Of a DNA stretch of 64,000 bases, positions 59,366 through 64,000 are shown in pieces. Each line of letters opens with the position of its first letter. The stretch's first letter is position 1. Origin of the DNA: Strigamia acuminata (Eukaryota). The position numbers and the translations under genes are program-made. The stretch spans positions 3,162,001 through 3,226,000 of the forward strand of contig OX442314.1 of assembly GCA_949358305.1 (NCBI GenBank), read 5' to 3'. The notes beneath the pieces were generated by a model. The model searched no databases and was not told the origin of the DNA. It worked only from the letters and a program-made list of their open reading frames with translations.

Positions 59366-60778
59366 TTACTCATGGGCCACGTCGACGCCCTGAGTAGGAA
59401 CGCGGAACCAGCAAGCGGCGAGGAAACGGAGATGGAACGACGGTTCAAAGTTAACCAAATTAAATTTACAGAAGGCGACTGGCTCGTGGCTGCGCAGGAA
59501 AGCGATCCCGAGTGTAAAGAGTTGAAGGACGCGTTGTTGGTAGAAGATAAAAGTTTATTGGACGAACGAATGCAGCACAAGATTCGAGGATACAAGATCA
59601 AGAAGGGACACGTTTACTTCGAGTTAACGGTAAACGGACGGCGAAGAGATGTGTTGTATTTGCCCAAGATGATGAGGAGACAGATCACGAACGAAGTACA
59701 TATTGGAAACGCGCATCCGGGGGTCGACGCAACGATTGAGGCGATTCGAAAGAGGTTTTGGTTCCCCAGGATGCGAAGTTACGTGAAAGCAGCCGTAGGA
59801 GCGTGTATCGAGTGTTTGATGAGGAAGGAACCAGGAGGAAAACGAGCCGGCGAGTTGAATATCGAGAGGCAAAGGGTGCCGTTCCACACGGTTCACCCGG
59901 ATCATGTGGGCCCCTTTCCAAAGAGCGGCATTGGATACCGACACATTTTGGTGGCAGTGTGCATATTTTCGAAATTGGTTTTTCTAATGCCGGTAAAATC
60001 AACGAACGCAACAACTACGTGCAGAGAGATTCGGAAGTTAGGCGCACGAATGTGGATCCCGACGCGGATTATTACAGATCGAGGAACGGCGTTTACCAAC
60101 GCGTTGTTTGCAGAAATGTGCAAAGAATTCGAGATTCGACACGTGCTGACTTTGACGGAAAATCCGAGAGCGAACGGGCAAGTGGAAAGGATGAACCGAA
60201 CGATAGTCCCGATGTTGGCGAGCCAAACAACGAAGAACGACGGGAGCGATTGGAGCAAAGGGATCGACAAGGTCGAAATCGCGATCAACTCAAGAGTCAA
60301 CCAATCGACCAAGAAAACACCATTGGAGGTGTTGTACGGGTTCCAGCCGAGAACGATCATCGAGCCAAAATTAGCAGCGATAGTAGTTGAGGAAAACGAT
60401 GAAGACGAGACGGAAATCGAGGACGTAAGAAACGAAGCGTACGAAACACTGACGGAAAACCAGATCAAGCAGAAAAAGGCGTTCGATAGACATCGAGGAC
60501 CAAACCGGACATACGAAGTCGGGGATATGGTCGTCGTACGAAGGAAAGCGATCGCAATACAAGGCAAAGCGGGGAAACTCAGTAATCTGTATCGAGGACC
60601 ATTGCGAGTAAGTCGGCGGATTTCGAGCACAGTGTACGAGATTACAAGTCTCGAGAACCCGCCTCGATACAAAACGACCGCACCAATCGACCAGATGAAG
60701 AAATGGACATTCGAGGACGACGCGACATCAGGAGCCGAAGACGAATTAACAAGTGTCGGCGGGGACGCCGACATTTAG
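59366..60778 (+). pseudogene. pol: Gypsy integrase (HHCC, DDE core, GPY/F-like LYRGP), cut off from RT by the CACTA-like insertion
   Basis: H..AHPG...C..C, VHPDHVGP, IITDRG, NGQVERMNRTI, LYRGP. Confidence 0.93.
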
Positions 60779-62149
60779 TCGGACAACCGAGTGTGGAGTT
60801 TTTCGGGTGTAACGGGCAATAACGATCGCCAGGGGGCGGGCAGACACAAACGGAATATATCCGATAAGCGTTTTGGGGGTGAACAGCCAATTGGGGGCCG
60901 TTCTTTGTAATCAACCAATCAGGGTTGACCAGTGTGATATATAATCAGTTTGTTTTGTTTAATAAAATCACTTGAAGTTAACTAGAGCTTGTAGTTGTGT
61001 CTTGGTAATTTTGGGTCAGCTAGTCTCAGCTTTGAGATAGTTTACAATAGTTTACAAAAACCCACATCTATTAATAGTAAGGTCAACTAGGGGTTCCAGG
61101 AAATCAACTGAGGTCAACTAGGGGTTCTAAGAAATCAACTGAGGTCAAACAACGACAATTTTTAGGCTAAAGTCAAAGTTCAACCACCTTAAGCAATCAA
61201 CAAACTCTTTCTATTTTAAAACCCTAGTTTTCATATGCATTGATAGAAAGGTAAAACAAGTAAATATAAAAAACAAAGTCAGAACACCAGTTGAAATTCT
61301 ACTAGGGAACAGAGATAGAGGTAGAGATTTGCAAAGGTTCAAAATTTAAATAATCGACTCTTTGCGAGTAAAAATTGACTTTTTGCGTGTAAAAATTGAC
61401 TTTTTGCGTGTAAAAATTGACTTTTTGCGAGTAAAAATTGATTTTTTGCATTTTGTGTGCTTAAAAATAAATACGGAGTACATTTTTAGATTAAAAATTT
61501 CAGTTTGTCTCAAAAACTCATTTTGACACTTAATTTCATAATTCAGTCTCAAAAAGTTATGCATTCTACAAAGAAGTGTGGTATTTGCATCATCAAGGCA
61601 GAATTCAAGACTGTCAGACGGGAAGAAATGAGACGTCCTTGGTGCCAATAACAGCTGCTGCAGCAAAAGCTTGTGGACTAGGAGTACTATGTATTCTATG
61701 CAAGATTTTATTTTAAAATGTTACATCCCGATTGTCTTACACTGGAGATTTACAATTGTCTTCAATCTTAGTAATGAGCTTAGGTTTCAATTAAAACAAC
61801 ATCCTTAGCAATGTGTGTTCTTGCATGAAACTGATGCTCTGTTTATTCTCCAAAGACAGATTAAGCCAGAGAAAATGTCAAATTTTCTTTCCAAGTTTTT
61901 TTTCTTTGTGTTTAGCACAAAGATGTCTTCAGTGGACAAAATAAATGTAAACGAGGAAGTACTACTGTCTGATATGTTTCATCTTGCAAGCAGAATTTTT
62001 TTTAGAAAGAATGTTTTTTCTTCTAAAATGGAAGTGAAAGGAATTCTGCCTCTCATGTGAATTCTGCCTCTCATGTGAAATTCTCATGTTTATGAGTTTT
62101 TGACTTTCGATCTTATTCATATAAAAATTTAGAGTTTCGACCTTATTCA

Positions 62150-62230
62150 TGAATCGGGGGTCGACCGACTCGAATCGGGGGTCCCCCGATTCATGAATAA
62201 GGCCGACTCGAATCGGGGGTCGACCAACTC
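62150..62230. repeat. Short, unexpanded version of the minisatellite (~3-4 GAATC-type units with an inversion)
   Basis: Paralogous position to 11146; contains the inverted pair ATTCATGAATCGGGGG / CCCCCGATTCATGAAT. Confidence 0.85.
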
Positions 62231-62784
62231 GGGATGGGATACTTGGGTCGAAATGAATAAGGTCGAAACAGGATTTCGACCTTATTCATTTCGACCCTAG
62301 TCATTTCTGTATGTCTAATTTTGACCTTCTTCATGAATAAGATCGAAACATCATTTTGACCTTAGTCATTTCGACCTTATTCATGAATAAGATCGAAATA
62401 GGATTTCGACTTTAGTCATTTCGACCCTAGTCATTTCGGTGTATGTAATTTCGACCTTATTCATGAATAAGGTCAAAACTTTAAATTTTTATATGAATAA
62501 GGTCGAAAGTCAAAAACTCAAAAACATGAGAATTTCACATGAGAATCTCGTGTCTTCTCTCGTTTTCTAATAACAATGTAAAAAATGTTTTTTATTTTAT
62601 CACTTGTTTTATATTTGCAGGAAACCAGAGCTTCTAGAAGAAACTATTTCATATTTTTCTCATTTATTTTATAAATAAGTAATAAAATAACCTTATTTTA
62701 GCCTACATAAAGTTGTTTTTATTTTGATATTAATTTAATTTTTTTTTTGAACGTTAACTGGCAGTATAAAGTGTGTACACACTG
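62231..62784. mobile_element. Element H copy 4, left half, interrupted at 62785
   Basis: Matches 38697-39249, then switches abruptly to unrelated sequence starting TGTTGTAG. Confidence 0.6.
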
Positions 62785-64000
62785 TGTTGTAGTAAAAAGT
62801 AGGGGACTGGACCCCATAGGATCCCATGTTAAACTTCATTTCTACTCCACAACCGACATTTGAAATATATTTTGGCATTCGAATATTTTAGCCGTAAAAG
62901 CGTCGGGCTAACCTAACCTAAGCTAACCTAACCTAATCTAACCTCTAACCTCTCGCGATGTAAAGGTAAAAGGTTAGCTGTAAAAGTGTCGAGCTAACCT
63001 AACCTAATCTAACCTAACCTCTTACCTCTTACGGTTAGGTTTAGGTTAGCCAGTGCAATCTACTATCAAAATCGGTAACCAAAAGTCCCAAATTTGGTCC
63101 GAGGGCCAAATGGTCAAAATGGCGGCCGTTTGGTTACGGGCTTGACCAGATGGTCGAATTTCATTAGGATAGGTCCAAAAAAATGGTTGTGTGTATGAAC
63201 CGGTCAGGTGTCATGTTCCCAGGCAATGACTTAGATGGGTTTCAGGAGCATAAATAAAACGATGCTCACCCTTCAAATTTTTTTTTCACGAGTGAAGAGA
63301 GATTTAATTGCGTGACGTTATAAGGTTCCAAAACCGGTTCCAACTGGTTTTGAAGAGACTTTTCTAGAATGCTCCGTTTTGTGGTTCTTCGAAGCAAAAT
63401 AGAAAAATCGAGCGTGGAAACAGTAGCCCTTTCGATCGTAGGGAGGGGGAGCTACTGATTTATCACGGGGTTCGTTGCTCTTTATATACTATTTTGAGCC
63501 GGAAGTAGGTGAAACAGGAAGTGAGTGGTAGCGAGTACCACTCACTTCCGGTTTGGAACATTCTAGAACATTTTAGAAGCTTCTTTTGTACGTCACACTT
63601 CCGGTTTAAAACAGTATATAAAGAGCAACGAACCCCATCATAAATCAGTTCCTCTCCCTCCTTACGATCGAAAGGGCTACTGTTTCCACGCAAAAATTTC
63701 CAATTTTTTTTCCTTAAAAAAATTTTTCTTAAAACGAACCAGTTTGTTTCAATTTCGAAAATTTTTTTTTTTATATATAAAAAAGGACATAATGAATCAA
63801 TTTAACATCAACCATTGCACGGCATTTTTGAAGAAGAAGAGAGAAGAAGGAAGTCTATCTAAAGACTTTAAACTGAATCACATTAGCCTGGATGCTCTTC
63901 AGAAGAAATGTGCCGAATTCGTAGACTATAAGAAGGTAGTGTCTAATCACTACGAACTGTTATCTTCTATTTTCGACGGCCATTCGCGAACATACTCCGT
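62785..64000. mobile_element. Unclassified insertion beginning TGTTGTAG, with (AACCT)n patches, a large palindrome and the start of an ORF
   Basis: Sharp junction inside element H; the other end is outside the window. Confidence 0.4.
63792..64000 (+). CDS. Start of an unknown ORF (MNQFNITNCTAFLKKKREEGSLSKDFK...), open to the window end
   Basis: 69 codons without a stop, ~145 bp downstream of TATA (63615) + TCAGTT (63645); absent from the ORF track because it has no stop in the window. Confidence 0.4.
   Translation, partial: MNQFNINHCTAFLKKKREEGSLSKDFKLNHISLDALQKKCAEFVDYKKVVSNHYELLSSIFDGHSRTYS

Larger units (their letters stand above)
54427..61046 (+). mobile_element. Ty3/Gypsy LTR retrotransposon, micropia/mdg3-like, full length but defective
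   Basis: 255-bp LTRs 54427-54681 and 60792-61046 (I count 4 differences); TSD ATAG; truncated tRNA-Leu-type PBS TCAGAAGTGGGAT directly after the LTR. Domain order gag-PR-RT-RH-IN; empty site at ~9353-9358. Confidence 0.95.
53511..62150 (+). repeat. Segmental duplicate of 6801-11145 (BEL LTR region), differing by insertions
   Basis: Colinear and near-identical; lacks the Tc1 element and the CAAGGGG MITE; contains the Gypsy instead. Confidence 0.92.

Noticed and set aside
59902..60774. 290-aa antisense ORF and other ORFs overlapping the Gypsy pol
   Set aside because: Shadow frames of a purine-biased coding strand.
62905..63050. (AACCT)n as arthropod telomeric TTAGG repeat
   Set aside because: Short, degenerate and in both orientations; such patches are common inside transposons.

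Overview
Eukaryotic, probably arthropod, heterochromatin-like window made almost entirely of nested transposable elements. I recognise no host gene. (1) A complete Copia retrotransposon (11949-37940, TSD GAACC) carries a methyl-CpG-binding (MBD)-like domain between integrase and RT and sits in a CpG-dense 21-bp minisatellite. (2) There are four very young copies of a ~9-kb non-autonomous LTR element ('element A'). It has 1.9-kb LTRs, a tRNA-Gln PBS, a PPT and 4-bp TSDs, but no gag or pol. Instead it carries one conserved ~493-aa ORF of unknown family, preceded by a CCAAT/TATA/Inr arrangement and built from a duplicated 253-aa module. The copies lie in two Copia coding regions, in the element's own LTR and in the minisatellite. 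(3) The left end is a five-level nest: A > Copia-B > Copia-D > CACTA-like > BEL/Pao. (4) There are pogo/Tc2-, Tc1- and Tc4/Tc5-type DNA transposon derivatives and a degenerate mdg3/micropia-type Gypsy. A 1.2-kb foldback element is tandemly amplified together with the minisatellite. (5) A local segmental duplication (6801-11145 vs 53511-62150) provides empty sites for three insertions. (6) At the right end, a palindrome with two divergent TATA+Inr sets precedes an ORF that runs off the window. All family calls are by motif recognition; no searches were run.
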